Part shown: positions 28,916-37,505 of the stretch, piece after piece
Layout: the number at the start of each line of letters is the position of its first letter
Numbering within the stretch: the stretch's first letter is position 1
DNA from: a virus
Taxonomy: Duplodnaviria; Heunggongvirae; Uroviricota; Caudoviricetes
Length of the DNA: 37,505 nt
Direction: 5' to 3' (one strand)
Virus record (IMG/VR): IMGVR_UViG_2721755658_000003
Translations under genes and position numbers: made by a program
The notes under the pieces: generated by a model
The model's input: only the letters and a program-made list of their open reading frames with translations
What the model was told of the DNA's origin: nothing
Databases searched by the model: none

Positions 28916-29593
28916 CTAGAACGTGACAGCCTTGTCAAAGCCAGAAATAATTGTATAAGAAATAGACGAGTTATCAGCCTTGTTCACTTTGAACTTGGCA
29001 CCTTTGTAAGCGATAACGTCACTTCCCTTAGAATCTACAGAAAAATCTGTTGTAAATGCTGCACGAGCCATATCGTTTGCAAATTCACGATAGGTGAACT
29101 TCATTACACCGCCTGCATTTCCATTGTATTCGATAGTCTTAACCAATGAGTTACTAACTCGACACAGCCCATCAGGAACACGTTTGATAGAAATTTCTGA
29201 TGCAGTATAAGAAGTACCATTTGGCGGTGATATCTCATTTTTTGCAGCATCGTAACTAACATAATCAACATAGTTACCGATTTGCCCATAGAGATTTTTT
29301 AACGCAACAGCTTGAGGGTTATGATAATTGCGGTAAATTCCATTCCCCTCACTGCAATATGTACCAGCAGCGATAGAAGACAATGCACCATTAGCCGCAC
29401 CAAGTTCTAGTACGTCCGTTTTAAATCCAGTAGCAGATGTGATAATGGGATCGCCCATGTAGGCGGTAGCACTTTGCCCAATAGCAGGCTTCACCACTTC
29501 AATAGCAGTGATATTTCGGTTAGAAGCATGTGGCACGCAACCAGTTAGGATTACAGCAAGAGATATTGGTAACGCTACATTATTAATTTTCAT
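28916..29593 (-). CDS. accessory lipoprotein of unknown function
   Basis: Start at MKINNVALPISLAVILTGC (ATG 29593) giving signal peptide plus lipobox LTGC; C-terminal aromatic residue; AT-rich. Confidence 0.6.
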   Translation of the reverse strand: MKINNVALPISLAVILTGCVPHASNRNITAIEVVKPAIGQSATAYMGDPIITSATGFKTDVLELGAANGALSSIAAGTYCSEGNGIYRNYHNPQAVALKNLYGQIGNYVDYVSYDAAKNEISPPNGTSYTASEISIKRVPDGLCRVSNSLVKTIEYNGNAGGVMKFTYREFANDMARAAFTTDFSVDSKGSDVIAYKGAKFKVNKADNSSISYTIISGFDKAVTF

Positions 29594-29616
29594 TTTTAGC
29601 CTATTATTCTTTTCTT

Positions 29617-29651
29617 GACAAAAAACAAGGCGATATCTGATTGACATCGCC
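29617..29651 (-). terminator. rho-independent terminator after the DinI-like gene
   Basis: Minus-strand hairpin GGCGATGTC...GATATCGCC followed by TTGTTTTTTG. Confidence 0.45.
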
Positions 29652-29706
29652 TCTCACTCATATGTAACCCTTTTTGATTAGTAAAAACAAGCGTCTATTG
29701 ACAAAA

Positions 29707-29940
29707 TCAATGCAGCCAGCTGTCGTCTTCCCACACCTTCTGCATAATTTTCATCACTTGTTTTCTTTCTTCGTCCAGTTGCAGTCCGGTCAGTTCCACA
29801 CCGTTAGAGCTACCTTTACGGATACGGATTACCGTTTTGGGATACAGGGGGCGCAGATTGCGGTAAAGCTCGGATTCAAGGGCGTCCAGGGTAGACTGGC
29901 TAATCTTCTGCTCTTTATCGATCATTATTTCAATGCGCAT
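29707..29940 (-). CDS. DinI-like protein
   Basis: Start at MRIEIMIDKEQ with SD GAGGTGA 5 nt upstream; resembles E. coli DinI (MRIEVTIAK...QETWE) in length and pattern. Confidence 0.65.
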   Translation of the reverse strand: MRIEIMIDKEQKISQSTLDALESELYRNLRPLYPKTVIRIRKGSSNGVELTGLQLDEERKQVMKIMQKVWEDDSWLH

Positions 29941-29950
29941 AAAAGTCACC

Positions 29951-30139
29951 TCAGTTGATGACATCCATTGAGCGGTTGTATTCGTGGCTTCTGATTTTTG
30001 CCATGAGTTCATCAGTCAATTCAGAAACCCACTGCAGAGCCAGCCCCTTCTCTTCATCACTACACTCACTAGCCGCTACAAGCTTAAGAAAAAAATCAAT
30101 GCGCTGGAGCTTCAAAGACTCCAAAAAATAGTCCTGCAT
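29951..30139 (-). CDS. small SOS-controlled hypothetical protein, first gene of the LexA-box operon
   Basis: 62-aa ORF with strong SD (AGGAGGAAAG) and a LexA box 43 bp upstream. Confidence 0.5.
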   Translation of the reverse strand: MQDYFLESLKLQRIDFFLKLVAASECSDEEKGLALQWVSELTDELMAKIRSHEYNRSMDVIN

Positions 30140-30181
30140 CTTTCCTCCTATGACACCACACGCAATACTGTATGTATAACC

Positions 30182-30199
30182 ACTGTTTATATTTACAGT
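30182..30199 (-). promoter_or_regulatory. LexA (SOS) box overlapping the promoter of the small-ORF/DinI-like operon
   Basis: ACTGTTTATATTTACAGT has a perfect CTGT-N8-ACAG core; overlaps a -10-like TATACT and a TTTACA -35 on the minus strand; a second degenerate box overlaps at 30166-30185. Confidence 0.7.
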
Positions 30200-30292
30200 A
30201 TATAATAATCTTACTGATGTAAAACGTTTTTTTACGCTTATCAGCCTGATATGCCTGGTATTATTAAGAGCACGAATTGTTAACCAGCGTAA

Positions 30293-32707
30293 TTAATACA
30301 GGTTCCGCCACTTATCATCTTCCTGCAAACGCTGGTTCCGATAGAAGATACGCAGGCCTGCTCCTGACGGAATACTGCCGCCGCGAAGGAGTAAATCGAC
30401 CTCTTTCTCGCTGCCATCAAATCCTCTGGATTTCAGTTCATAGACGAGCTGCTGTCGTTGATGGTCTGTAATTCGCTGTTTGTAGTCTCTACGCCGTTTC
30501 GGTTTCACCAGACGTAACCTTGCAGCCAGTTCCCGGCGCTCCTTTTTGTTCATACTGTGCAGGTAATCGTGCAACACCTTGTCATCCATGCGGGTAATGT
30601 CCGTTCTGGGGTCCCCATCAGCTGATTTATCTTTCTCCTGTTGGTTCAAATTTTCAGCAAGGGGACAGTTATTGCCACGAGTCCAAGGGGCGCAAGCGCC
30701 CTGGTCGGCTGCCGCCTCCTGAACGTCAACGGCTTTACGAACCATTTTCCACTTCACTGCATGAGTGCAGATCTTGCCCTCTGCAATGGGTGACCAGATG
30801 CCATAAATACGAATGCCGTGATCGCCATAGGCGGTCGGCTCTTCGTTGATTTCATAAGCGGTTCTGATGAGGTGATATTTACGGGGAACCAGTACGCCGC
30901 CCTGCTTCATGATGTAGGTGGCAAAACAACCAGCATCAGCAGCAGCCAGGATGGCATCAAGGCGCGGGTTATCCAGTACCGGCGCACCTGCTTTTTTGTC
31001 CCCCTTTTGCCTTGCCGCCTGACCAGCCAGCAATCGCAGTTCACGGTAAGCCTGACGCCCCGGAATGCCAAAGAAGCGGAATTGCTGAACACGATGCAGA
31101 GACGCCCAGGCATTCACGTATTCAGCGTTATCACGCAGAGATTTACCCGTTTCCTTGCTGATCTCGCCAGCCAGACCACGCCCGTCAATGTTCTTACTGA
31201 TGTATTTCGCTATGTAGCTTGTCGGCGTTCCTTTGCGCGGGTTAATCAGCTCAGACTTAAAGCGCGGCCCCGTGTTATTGCCCAGCTCCTCGCGGTCTTC
31301 ACGGATAGCAAACTTACGCAACAATGCTGTAATGGCGCGGCGGTCTTTTTTGCGCATGAAACACAACAGGTGCCAGTGAACGGTGCCGTCGTGATGCGGC
31401 TCAGCCACCCGCACGCCATACCAGCGCAACCCGGCTTTGTGCATCGCCTTACGAAATGCAGCAAACATACCGACCAGATAATCGCTGCTTTGTCTTACCG
31501 TCGCATTTGTCCAGATCGGGTTGGGCCTGCCGTTATTTAGCGTGGAATGGAAACGTGACGGACAGGTGATGGTGTAGAAAACGGCGCAGTCACCGCGCAT
31601 TTCCGCGATAAGCTCCAGACCTTTAACACAGGCCATCATCTCATTGCGGCGATGCGCAGGGTTGCTGCTGCTGGCGTTTACCACATCCTCCATGTCTAGC
31701 GTGTCGCCGTCTTCGTTCACCAGTTCATGAGAACGGAAAAACTCCAGCGACTTACGGCGCTGCTCACGTTTATGCAACACGGCTTCATAGCTGACATAGG
31801 GAGATGCTTTTTTGCTGACAAGGCAGACAGCACGCAACTGCTCTTCCCGCCATTCGCAACGCATCTTCCATAATTTCCGATACCACCAGTCGGCGCACAA
31901 CATACGCGCCAGCGAACCCGGAATGAGTTCATAGGGCACGGGTTTACGGCGGTTTCTTTTCCGACGGAGTTGCTCAAACGCAGGCGGGATGACATCCAGA
32001 CGCAGGGTTTCCGCTGCCACCCTTTCCCATGTATTGCGGATTTCTTCTGGCTTAACGTCATCGGTGGCATACAAATCGCCACAAGCGGCATCAAGGCACA
32101 TACTCATATGCGCAGCTACCAGGGTGGACAGGCGTTTCACCTGATCCTGACTCATTTCAGGCAGGATCAGCAGGCCGTCCAGCCCTTCATGGCTTGCCAT
32201 AAAGCGAAAAGATGCAGATAGCTGACTGTCGCGTACATGCTCCAGTCGTTCCAGACATGGCTTAATCGTCTCACGTAAATAGCGGGAATAAGCCTTTGGC
32301 CTGCCCAGGCTGCTGAAGTATTCAATACGTTGCATCAGCGGCTTGCTGATATGGGAAGGCTGGGCGTTGACGTCCGCCAGAATGACCATATCCGGATTAA
32401 AACGCTGCTGCTCATGCGCCAGCTTTGCCCGACTAATGAGCTTATCCTGTTCCATTTCGCGCTGGACAGGATCACGGGATTCATTAAAGAAATAACGCTC
32501 CCAGACCTGATCACTCAGCGCCTCACGGCGCAGCTGTTCCTGCTCGTTATCGGCAGCGTACAGAGTGATCAGGTTTGAAAGCGTAGAAACCGGCGCAACT
32601 TCCGCCGGGTCCAGATAAGGGTTAATGGCCTTTTTCGAGCTGTTCCATGAGAACGATGCGGCAGCTTCGTTAAAGCCGCAGCAGTTGTTCATATCGGCAT
32701 GACTCAT
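30293..32707 (-). CDS. replication initiation endonuclease (gpA-like, rolling-circle initiator)
   Basis: 804-aa ORF with [15 protein letters not shown] motif typical of P2 A-family initiators. Confidence 0.85.
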   Translation of the reverse strand: MSHADMNNCCGFNEAAASFSWNSSKKAINPYLDPAEVAPVSTLSNLITLYAADNEQEQLRREALSDQVWERYFFNESRDPVQREMEQDKLISRAKLAHEQQRFNPDMVILADVNAQPSHISKPLMQRIEYFSSLGRPKAYSRYLRETIKPCLERLEHVRDSQLSASFRFMASHEGLDGLLILPEMSQDQVKRLSTLVAAHMSMCLDAACGDLYATDDVKPEEIRNTWERVAAETLRLDVIPPAFEQLRRKRNRRKPVPYELIPGSLARMLCADWWYRKLWKMRCEWREEQLRAVCLVSKKASPYVSYEAVLHKREQRRKSLEFFRSHELVNEDGDTLDMEDVVNASSSNPAHRRNEMMACVKGLELIAEMRGDCAVFYTITCPSRFHSTLNNGRPNPIWTNATVRQSSDYLVGMFAAFRKAMHKAGLRWYGVRVAEPHHDGTVHWHLLCFMRKKDRRAITALLRKFAIREDREELGNNTGPRFKSELINPRKGTPTSYIAKYISKNIDGRGLAGEISKETGKSLRDNAEYVNAWASLHRVQQFRFFGIPGRQAYRELRLLAGQAARQKGDKKAGAPVLDNPRLDAILAAADAGCFATYIMKQGGVLVPRKYHLIRTAYEINEEPTAYGDHGIRIYGIWSPIAEGKICTHAVKWKMVRKAVDVQEAAADQGACAPWTRGNNCPLAENLNQQEKDKSADGDPRTDITRMDDKVLHDYLHSMNKKERRELAARLRLVKPKRRRDYKQRITDHQRQQLVYELKSRGFDGSEKEVDLLLRGGSIPSGAGLRIFYRNQRLQEDDKWRNLY

Positions 32708-33561
32708 GCACGTACTCCGTACACGGCAGAACTATCCACGCCACGCGAATAATCAAATCCCACCCAGCAGCGCGGCCCGGAAACAGCAATGATTTCTGTT
32801 GCTGATTTACCCTCGCCAGCTGCCACACCGATGCTGCGTTTTGCCTTGATGTAGTGGTGAGTAAAATTGCGATACAGCGAACGGATCAGGGATGTGTCAC
32901 TGTTAGAAACAATGACCGGATGTCCTTCTGATGACCGATGTTCAAGAACAGATGCCAGGTGATACTGGTCATCTTCAGTGAAGCCGTCAGTGTGATAGCC
33001 GAAAAACGTACCGTCATACGGCGGATCGCAATACACCACATCCCCCGCCTTCAACATCGCCAGCGTTTCATCAAAGCTGGCGCAGATAAACGTTGCTCGC
33101 TGGGCCTTTTCTGCAAATGCGCGAATTTCTTTTTCAGGGAAATACGGATTTTTATAATTACCGTAGGGAATGTTGAAATGCCCGCTCTTGTTATAGCGAC
33201 ATAAACCACGGTAACCGTGACGATTGAGATACAGGAAATATACCGCTTTCATGAAATCAGTAATTTCAGTTGAGTAATTAAACTCCTGCCTTATGTTGTA
33301 ATAAGCCACCTCCCTGTTTGCGTTCTCAAATAAAACTCTGGCGCGAGATATAAACGATTCACAATCAGCGGCAACCTTTTTATAGAGGTTGATTAAATCA
33401 GGATTAATATCCGCAACCAGATAGCTGGGATAATCCGTCTCCATCATCACAGCACAGGAACCCGCGAAAGGTTCAACCAGTCGCGGGCCAGCAGGAAGAT
33501 GTTTTTTCAGTTCGGACATTATGGCAGTTTTATTTCCCGCCCATTTCAGGATGGTGCTCAT
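32704..33561 (-). CDS. dam: DNA adenine methyltransferase (Dam family)
   Basis: Start at [11 protein letters not shown]; DPPY catalytic motif and SAM-binding FAGS motif present. Confidence 0.8.
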   Translation of the reverse strand: MSTILKWAGNKTAIMSELKKHLPAGPRLVEPFAGSCAVMMETDYPSYLVADINPDLINLYKKVAADCESFISRARVLFENANREVAYYNIRQEFNYSTEITDFMKAVYFLYLNRHGYRGLCRYNKSGHFNIPYGNYKNPYFPEKEIRAFAEKAQRATFICASFDETLAMLKAGDVVYCDPPYDGTFFGYHTDGFTEDDQYHLASVLEHRSSEGHPVIVSNSDTSLIRSLYRNFTHHYIKAKRSIGVAAGEGKSATEIIAVSGPRCWVGFDYSRGVDSSAVYGVRA

Positions 33562-33785
33562 ACAGCACCTCCGTTGTAATGTTTGCCTTTCAGCTCTGCG
33601 ATTTCCTGACAGGTAATGCAAAGCTGCACACCCGGAATGGCACGGCGGCGTGCTGGCGGAATTGGCGCTTCACACTCAATGCAAAGCACGCGGGACACGC
33701 CCGGCGTTTTGGCACGGGCAGCACGGATATGGCGTTGGCGTTCTTCTTCAACGCGCTGCTGTACGAGATCCATTGCATCAGCCAT
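33558..33785 (-). CDS. TraR/DksA-family C4 zinc-finger protein
   Basis: 75-aa ORF with CIECEAPIPPARRRAIPGVQLCITCQ four-cysteine motif. Confidence 0.7.
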   Translation of the reverse strand: MADAMDLVQQRVEEERQRHIRAARAKTPGVSRVLCIECEAPIPPARRRAIPGVQLCITCQEIAELKGKHYNGGAV

Positions 33786-34024
33786 TAGTGGATCTCCTGC
33801 GCTTCGTTCTGGATTGCTTCAGCAGTCACACGAAGCAGTTCTGCCGCTTCGACGTGGGTTAGCTGGCGGGATGTGATATGACACGCCAGGCTATCAAGGC
33901 GAGCTGCCATTGCTTCAGCCCTTGCCCGGCGTTCTTCCAGACGAGCCTCTGTCAGTAAAATATTAAGCCCTGCGTCATCCGGTCCGGTTTTGGTCGAGAG
34001 GGTTTCAATATTACGCATAATCAA
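33785..34024 (-). CDS. hypothetical early-region protein
   Basis: 79-aa ORF tightly packed in the early operon; no family recognised. Confidence 0.45.
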   Translation of the reverse strand: MIMRNIETLSTKTGPDDAGLNILLTEARLEERRARAEAMAARLDSLACHITSRQLTHVEAAELLRVTAEAIQNEAQEIH

Positions 34025-34085
34025 TTCTCCTGAATTTAGATAAAGGGATGCCCGGCGGGTTTACGCCATTAATTTCATTAGTTGG

Positions 34086-34427
34086 TTAATTCGGCATGGT
34101 TAGCCGTCTGGGAAATAAGCTCACCACTGCACGAAAATGATTCATTGCTTTAATCAACTCCCGCTTTTCGTCAGTGGTCAGCTCATTAATGCTGATGCTA
34201 TGACGTTCAGCTGGAATTTTTGCCATAAAGAATATGGCAGCCAGTGCCCGTTTATTTTGTTCGCTATTAATATCCCGTGAATCACGCATATCTTTAATAA
34301 ACCGCTCAAGCTCTGACTCAATATTCAGGCCAAAAACTTTCGCCCTTAACTCCGCAATGTGATTAAGTCCATTCAGGCGTTCACCGGGGCTTAATGGAAC
34401 AGTCGCCGCAGTGCCTTCAATAGCCAT
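34086..34427 (-). CDS. hypothetical early-region protein
   Basis: 113-aa ORF in the early operon; no family recognised. Confidence 0.45.
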   Translation of the reverse strand: MAIEGTAATVPLSPGERLNGLNHIAELRAKVFGLNIESELERFIKDMRDSRDINSEQNKRALAAIFFMAKIPAERHSISINELTTDEKRELIKAMNHFRAVVSLFPRRLTMPN

Positions 34428-34591
34428 TTGTTCCCCCGTTTTTTCGTAGATAGTTCTGCCAGCAATTCATCTTGTGAACGGCACGGATGCCAGCGTTTAC
34501 CATCCTCCCCCATGATCCAGCCGTGACCGTAATGCATTGCCGGGCTTTGTTTAACCAGCAGCGATGCAAATGATGGTTCTTTCGTCAGCAT
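34391..34591 (-). CDS. hypothetical small early protein (gene call uncertain)
   Basis: ORF directly after cII with start at MLTKEPS; overlaps the next ORF by 37 nt in another frame. Confidence 0.3.
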   Translation of the reverse strand: MLTKEPSFASLLVKQSPAMHYGHGWIMGEDGKRWHPCRSQDELLAELSTKKRGNKWLLKALRRLFH

Positions 34592-34598
34592 AAGCACC

Positions 34599-35108
34599 TC
34601 ACAGCAAACCAAATGAAGCACCGAGGCCAGTCACGGTATCAACTGCACTCGCCATCGCAGGATTAGCCTGTAAACGGGCCTGCAATGAAACAGCCGCCAG
34701 CGCCATCAGTCGTGTTACAGAGTTAATGCTGCTGATAGCATCACGACGACCGGCACAGGTTTTTACATCGCCAGACACCGCACCTGCAGCAACACGCCCG
34801 ATCTCTGCGGTTGCACTCATGACGTAATGTGGCAGTTTCTCTTTTGCCACCTCATTAATCGGTACACATGGCAGACAATGAATCTGTGCCAGAAAACCAT
34901 CTACCAGCGTTGAATCTTCAGTCAGATCGGTAAGCAGCCAGATTTCTGGTGCGGTTAATAAATGAGGCTGAGCTGGGTTCAGCTTGTTCCGCAGAATCTG
35001 CACATTCATGCCTGCACGTTCTGCCAGTTGCACCAGATTGTGGCGCAGTGCAAATGCACGACAGGCTTCATCAAAATGTGGATGTTTGGAAACTTGGTAA
35101 TCAAACAT
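34599..35108 (-). CDS. cII: CII-like transcriptional activator (phage 186 CII type)
   Basis: Near-identical to 186 CII as recalled ([11 protein letters not shown]...AGMNVQ.LRNKLNP...[25 protein letters not shown]...GASFGL). Confidence 0.85.
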   Translation of the reverse strand: MFDYQVSKHPHFDEACRAFALRHNLVQLAERAGMNVQILRNKLNPAQPHLLTAPEIWLLTDLTEDSTLVDGFLAQIHCLPCVPINEVAKEKLPHYVMSATAEIGRVAAGAVSGDVKTCAGRRDAISSINSVTRLMALAAVSLQARLQANPAMASAVDTVTGLGASFGLL

Positions 35109-35140
35109 GGTCAATGCCTCTGATGTATTTCAGAATCGAA

Positions 35141-35362
35141 CTAATTAAGGTTTAGATTGCATTCTGAAAGCGCATCAACGGTCATTGCTGCTATGTTGAT
35201 CATCACTTTTTCGCGTTTTTTATCTTTGCGCAGACGGTGACGGATAAGGCGTCCATCAGCCAACATGTCATTGATGGTATCGATGGATAGCCCTGTCAGC
35301 TCGCTATAGCGTTCAATAGTCACATGAGGCGTGGTAAGAGTGATTGAAATGTTAGGTCTCAT
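35141..35362 (-). CDS. apl: Apl/Cox-like excisionase and transcriptional regulator
   Basis: 73-aa ORF, first gene of the early operon divergent from cI; HTH-like [18 protein letters not shown]. Confidence 0.65.
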   Translation of the reverse strand: MRPNISITLTTPHVTIERYSELTGLSIDTINDMLADGRLIRHRLRKDKKREKVMINIAAMTVDALSECNLNLN

Positions 35363-35434
35363 GATGCAACATTCCTCGTTTAATGATGATTAATCAGGAC
35401 GAATACGGATCGTTTGTATTTTGTGAACACCATA

Positions 35435-35463
35435 AACATACGATCGCACGGTGAAATCGTCAA
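35435..35463 (-). promoter_or_regulatory. candidate early lytic promoter (pR-like) in the immunity switch region
   Basis: Minus-strand -35 TTGACG, 17-bp spacer, -10 TATGTT, about 65 bp upstream of the apl start. Confidence 0.4.
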
Positions 35464-35487
35464 GATAAAAGTTCACTTGGAGTGACC

Positions 35488-36057
35488 ATGAATTTGGAGA
35501 AAGGCGGACGAGGCGCCATAGAGCGCATGGTAGAAGCTTATGGATTCAAGACTCGACAGGCGTTGTGCGATCATTTAGGAATCTCTAAAAGTACACTCGC
35601 CACACGCTACATGCGTGACTCATTCCCAGCAGAATGGGTAATCCAGTGCGCCCTTGAAACAGGCACCTCGCTTAATTGGCTCACAACCGGGCATGGTTCA
35701 AAGCAAACTTCAGGTAATACAAATACTATGGAAGTTGCTAAATATGTATTATCTGATGGGGCCTTGTGTGAAGACGGTTTTTATATTTTCGATAGAGAAT
35801 TTCTACCGTCGGCATTCAAGAATCTTTTTGTAATCACAGATAATAATTCTGAATTTATTTGTGATAAGGAATTTGATGATATACGTGATGGTAAATGGGT
35901 AATAAGTATTGATGGCGAAATAACGATCCGTGACATTACTCGTTTACCCGGTGGAAGAATCTTCGTCGAGGGTGGAAACAGAGCCTTTGAATGTAAGATA
36001 GAAGACATTGAAATAATTGGTAAAATTATAAGTTTAACAGTCAAGTATGTTAAATAG
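35488..36057 (+). CDS. cI: CI immunity repressor (phage 186 CI type)
   Basis: ATG at 35488 with SD GGAG 5 nt upstream (ORF track uses GTG at 35482); resembles 186 CI (EAYGF, CALETG..L.WL.TG, C-terminal RLPGG..FVEGG). Confidence 0.8.
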   Translation: MNLEKGGRGAIERMVEAYGFKTRQALCDHLGISKSTLATRYMRDSFPAEWVIQCALETGTSLNWLTTGHGSKQTSGNTNTMEVAKYVLSDGALCEDGFYIFDREFLPSAFKNLFVITDNNSEFICDKEFDDIRDGKWVISIDGEITIRDITRLPGGRIFVEGGNRAFECKIEDIEIIGKIISLTVKYVK

Positions 36058-36072
36058 TACCGGGAGGAAATT

Positions 36073-36264
36073 ATGCTTGGTAAGGTATTTTTTGTGGTTT
36101 TGTCATGTTCTTTGTTATTAAACCCACTAGCTACCTATGCTAGAAATTATCCCTGCTCAGGGAAAAAGGGAGGTGTTTCTCACTGTACCTCTGATGGCAA
36201 ATTCGTTTGCAATGATGGAACTATTAGTAAATCCAAAAAAATCTGTACTAAAAACTCACGATAA
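36073..36264 (+). CDS. small secreted cysteine-rich protein, unknown function
   Basis: 63-aa ORF with SD GGGAGG, signal-peptide-like N-terminus and four Cys in the mature part; between cI and int. Confidence 0.5.
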   Translation: MLGKVFFVVLSCSLLLNPLATYARNYPCSGKKGGVSHCTSDGKFVCNDGTISKSKKICTKNSR

Positions 36265-36403
36265 CTTTTGCTTTTATATCTGCACCTAAAATAAAAATGA
36301 GCCACAGGTTAACCGCAAAAGTTACATGATCACATAGCAAAAAGAATAGCCTACTTCATTATGGCTTCAGTGAGATGTATGGTCGCAGGATTTCATACAT
36401 TGA

Positions 36404-36423
36404 CACTGGTTATACATACAGTA
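36404..36423. promoter_or_regulatory. LexA-box-like motif upstream of int
   Basis: CACTGGTTATACATACAGTA, a CTGG-N8-ACAG with one core mismatch; 18 of 20 positions identical to the reverse complement of 30166-30185. Confidence 0.3.
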
Positions 36424-36452
36424 AAAATGCTCTCTATTGGAGGGCATTTTTT

Positions 36453-37505
36453 ATGGCTGTACGAAAACTCACCACAGGAAAATGGCTTTGCGAATGTTAC
36501 CCCGCCGGACGTAGTGGGCGTCGTGTGCGTAAACAATTCGCCACCAAAGGCGAAGCACTGGCTTTTGAGCGTCACACGATGGAAGAAACCGAAGCAAAGC
36601 CCTGGCTAGGTGAATCAGTGGATCGTCGAACACTGAAAGACGTGGTTGAGCTATGGTTCAAACTACATGGTAAATCACTGACTGCTGGGCAGCATGTCTA
36701 TGACAAATTGCTGCTGATGGTTGACGCTCTGGGCAATCCCCTTGCAACTGATCTAACCTCTAAAATGTTTGCCCACTATCGAGATAAACGCCTGACAGGT
36801 GAGATCTACTTCAGCGAGAAATGGAAGAAAGGAGCAAGCCCGGTCACCATTAACCTGGAGCAAAGCTATCTAAGTAGTGTTTTTAGCGAACTATCCCGCC
36901 TGGGCGAATGGTCGTATCCGAACCCACTGGAGAACATGCGAAAATTCACCATCGCAGAAAAAGAGATGGCATGGCTTACCCATGAGCAGATTGTTGAATT
37001 ACTGGCTGATTGCAAACGTCAGGACCCAATTCTGGCACTGGTAGTTAAGATATGCTTAAGCACAGGCGCACGCTGGCGAGAAGCCGTAAATCTTACTCGT
37101 TCACAGGTGACCAAATACCGAATTACCTTTGTAAGAACGAAGGGGAAGAAAAACAGAAGCATCCCTATCAGTAAAGAGCTTTACGAAGAGATCATGGCGC
37201 TTGATGGGTTCAATTTCTTCACAGACTGCTATTTTCAATTTTTATCCGTGATGGAAAAAACGTCTATCGTGCTCCCTCGCGGTCAACTCACACACGTTCT
37301 GCGCCATACGTTTGCGGCGCACTTCATGATGTCGGGTGGAAACATTCTGGCCTTACAAAAAATTCTCGGACACCACGATATAAAAATGACTATGCGTTAC
37401 GCACATCTGGCACCGGATCATCTGGAAACGGCGCTCCGTTTCAATCCTCTGGCAACGCTGCCAAGTGGCGACAAAGTGGCGGCAGCGGTTGGCATTACCC
37501 CGTAA
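36453..37505 (+). CDS. int: tyrosine integrase (P2 Int family)
   Basis: Start at MAVRKLTTGKW; conserved CLSTGARWREA and HVLRHTFAAHFMMSGG...Y motifs as in P2 Int; stop codon is the last three bases of the window. Confidence 0.85.
   Translation: MAVRKLTTGKWLCECYPAGRSGRRVRKQFATKGEALAFERHTMEETEAKPWLGESVDRRTLKDVVELWFKLHGKSLTAGQHVYDKLLLMVDALGNPLATDLTSKMFAHYRDKRLTGEIYFSEKWKKGASPVTINLEQSYLSSVFSELSRLGEWSYPNPLENMRKFTIAEKEMAWLTHEQIVELLADCKRQDPILALVVKICLSTGARWREAVNLTRSQVTKYRITFVRTKGKKNRSIPISKELYEEIMALDGFNFFTDCYFQFLSVMEKTSIVLPRGQLTHVLRHTFAAHFMMSGGNILALQKILGHHDIKMTMRYAHLAPDHLETALRFNPLATLPSGDKVAAAVGITP

Larger units (their letters stand above)
2856..37505. mobile_element. P2/186-like prophage, attR-proximal end through integrase; attL outside window
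   Basis: Contiguous P2-order structural, lysis, replication, immunity and integrase genes; cos-like sequence at 28724-28742; host genes only on the left. Confidence 0.85.

Noticed and set aside
30818-32221. Plus-strand ORFs (240 aa and smaller) inside replication gene A
   Set aside because: Antisense to the A ORF, which carries the conserved initiator motif; treated as spurious.
35363-35487. Attempt to place the lysogenic (cI) promoter and CI operators in the switch region
   Set aside because: Only the minus-strand pR-like promoter has a convincing -35/-10 pair; plus-strand candidates were weak, so no cI promoter or operator is reported.
1-37505. CRISPR arrays, tRNA/tmRNA genes or rRNA
   Set aside because: No regularly spaced direct repeats and no cloverleaf-like tRNA sequence were seen on reading, including at the prophage junction; intergenic regions are short and explained by promoters and terminators.

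Overview
The window holds a short enterobacterial chromosomal flank (grxA, ybjM, ybjL; 1-2620) followed by an almost complete P2/186-family (Peduovirus-type) prophage running from its attR-proximal end (ogr/B-type late activator, ~2856) to the integrase stop at the last base of the window (37505); attL lies beyond the window. Gene order is that of a reversed P2 map: ogr, D-U-T-E/E'-FII-FI (tail), an invertase plus invertible tail-fibre segment, G-H-I-J-W-V (fibre and baseplate), S-R, lysis cassette (lysC/lysB/lysA/K/Y), X-L-M-N-O (head), divergent P-Q (terminase ATPase, portal), cos, then the early region (A, dam, traR-like, cII, apl) and a 186-type immunity region (cI, int). Three AT-rich accessory insertions sit in the conserved backbone: (1) a ~590-aa DUF262/ParB-like protein with an AlbA_2/Schlafen-like C-terminus between V and S; (2) a ~480-aa SEFIR/TIR-like protein between cos and portal gene Q; (3) a lipoprotein plus a LexA-box-controlled small-ORF/DinI-like pair between cos and gene A. 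The first two are the best candidates for anti-phage defence cargo. All identifications rest on reading the translated ORFs and recalling protein families; no database search or alignment was run, so family assignments and start codons are provisional. No rRNA, tRNA or CRISPR array was seen.
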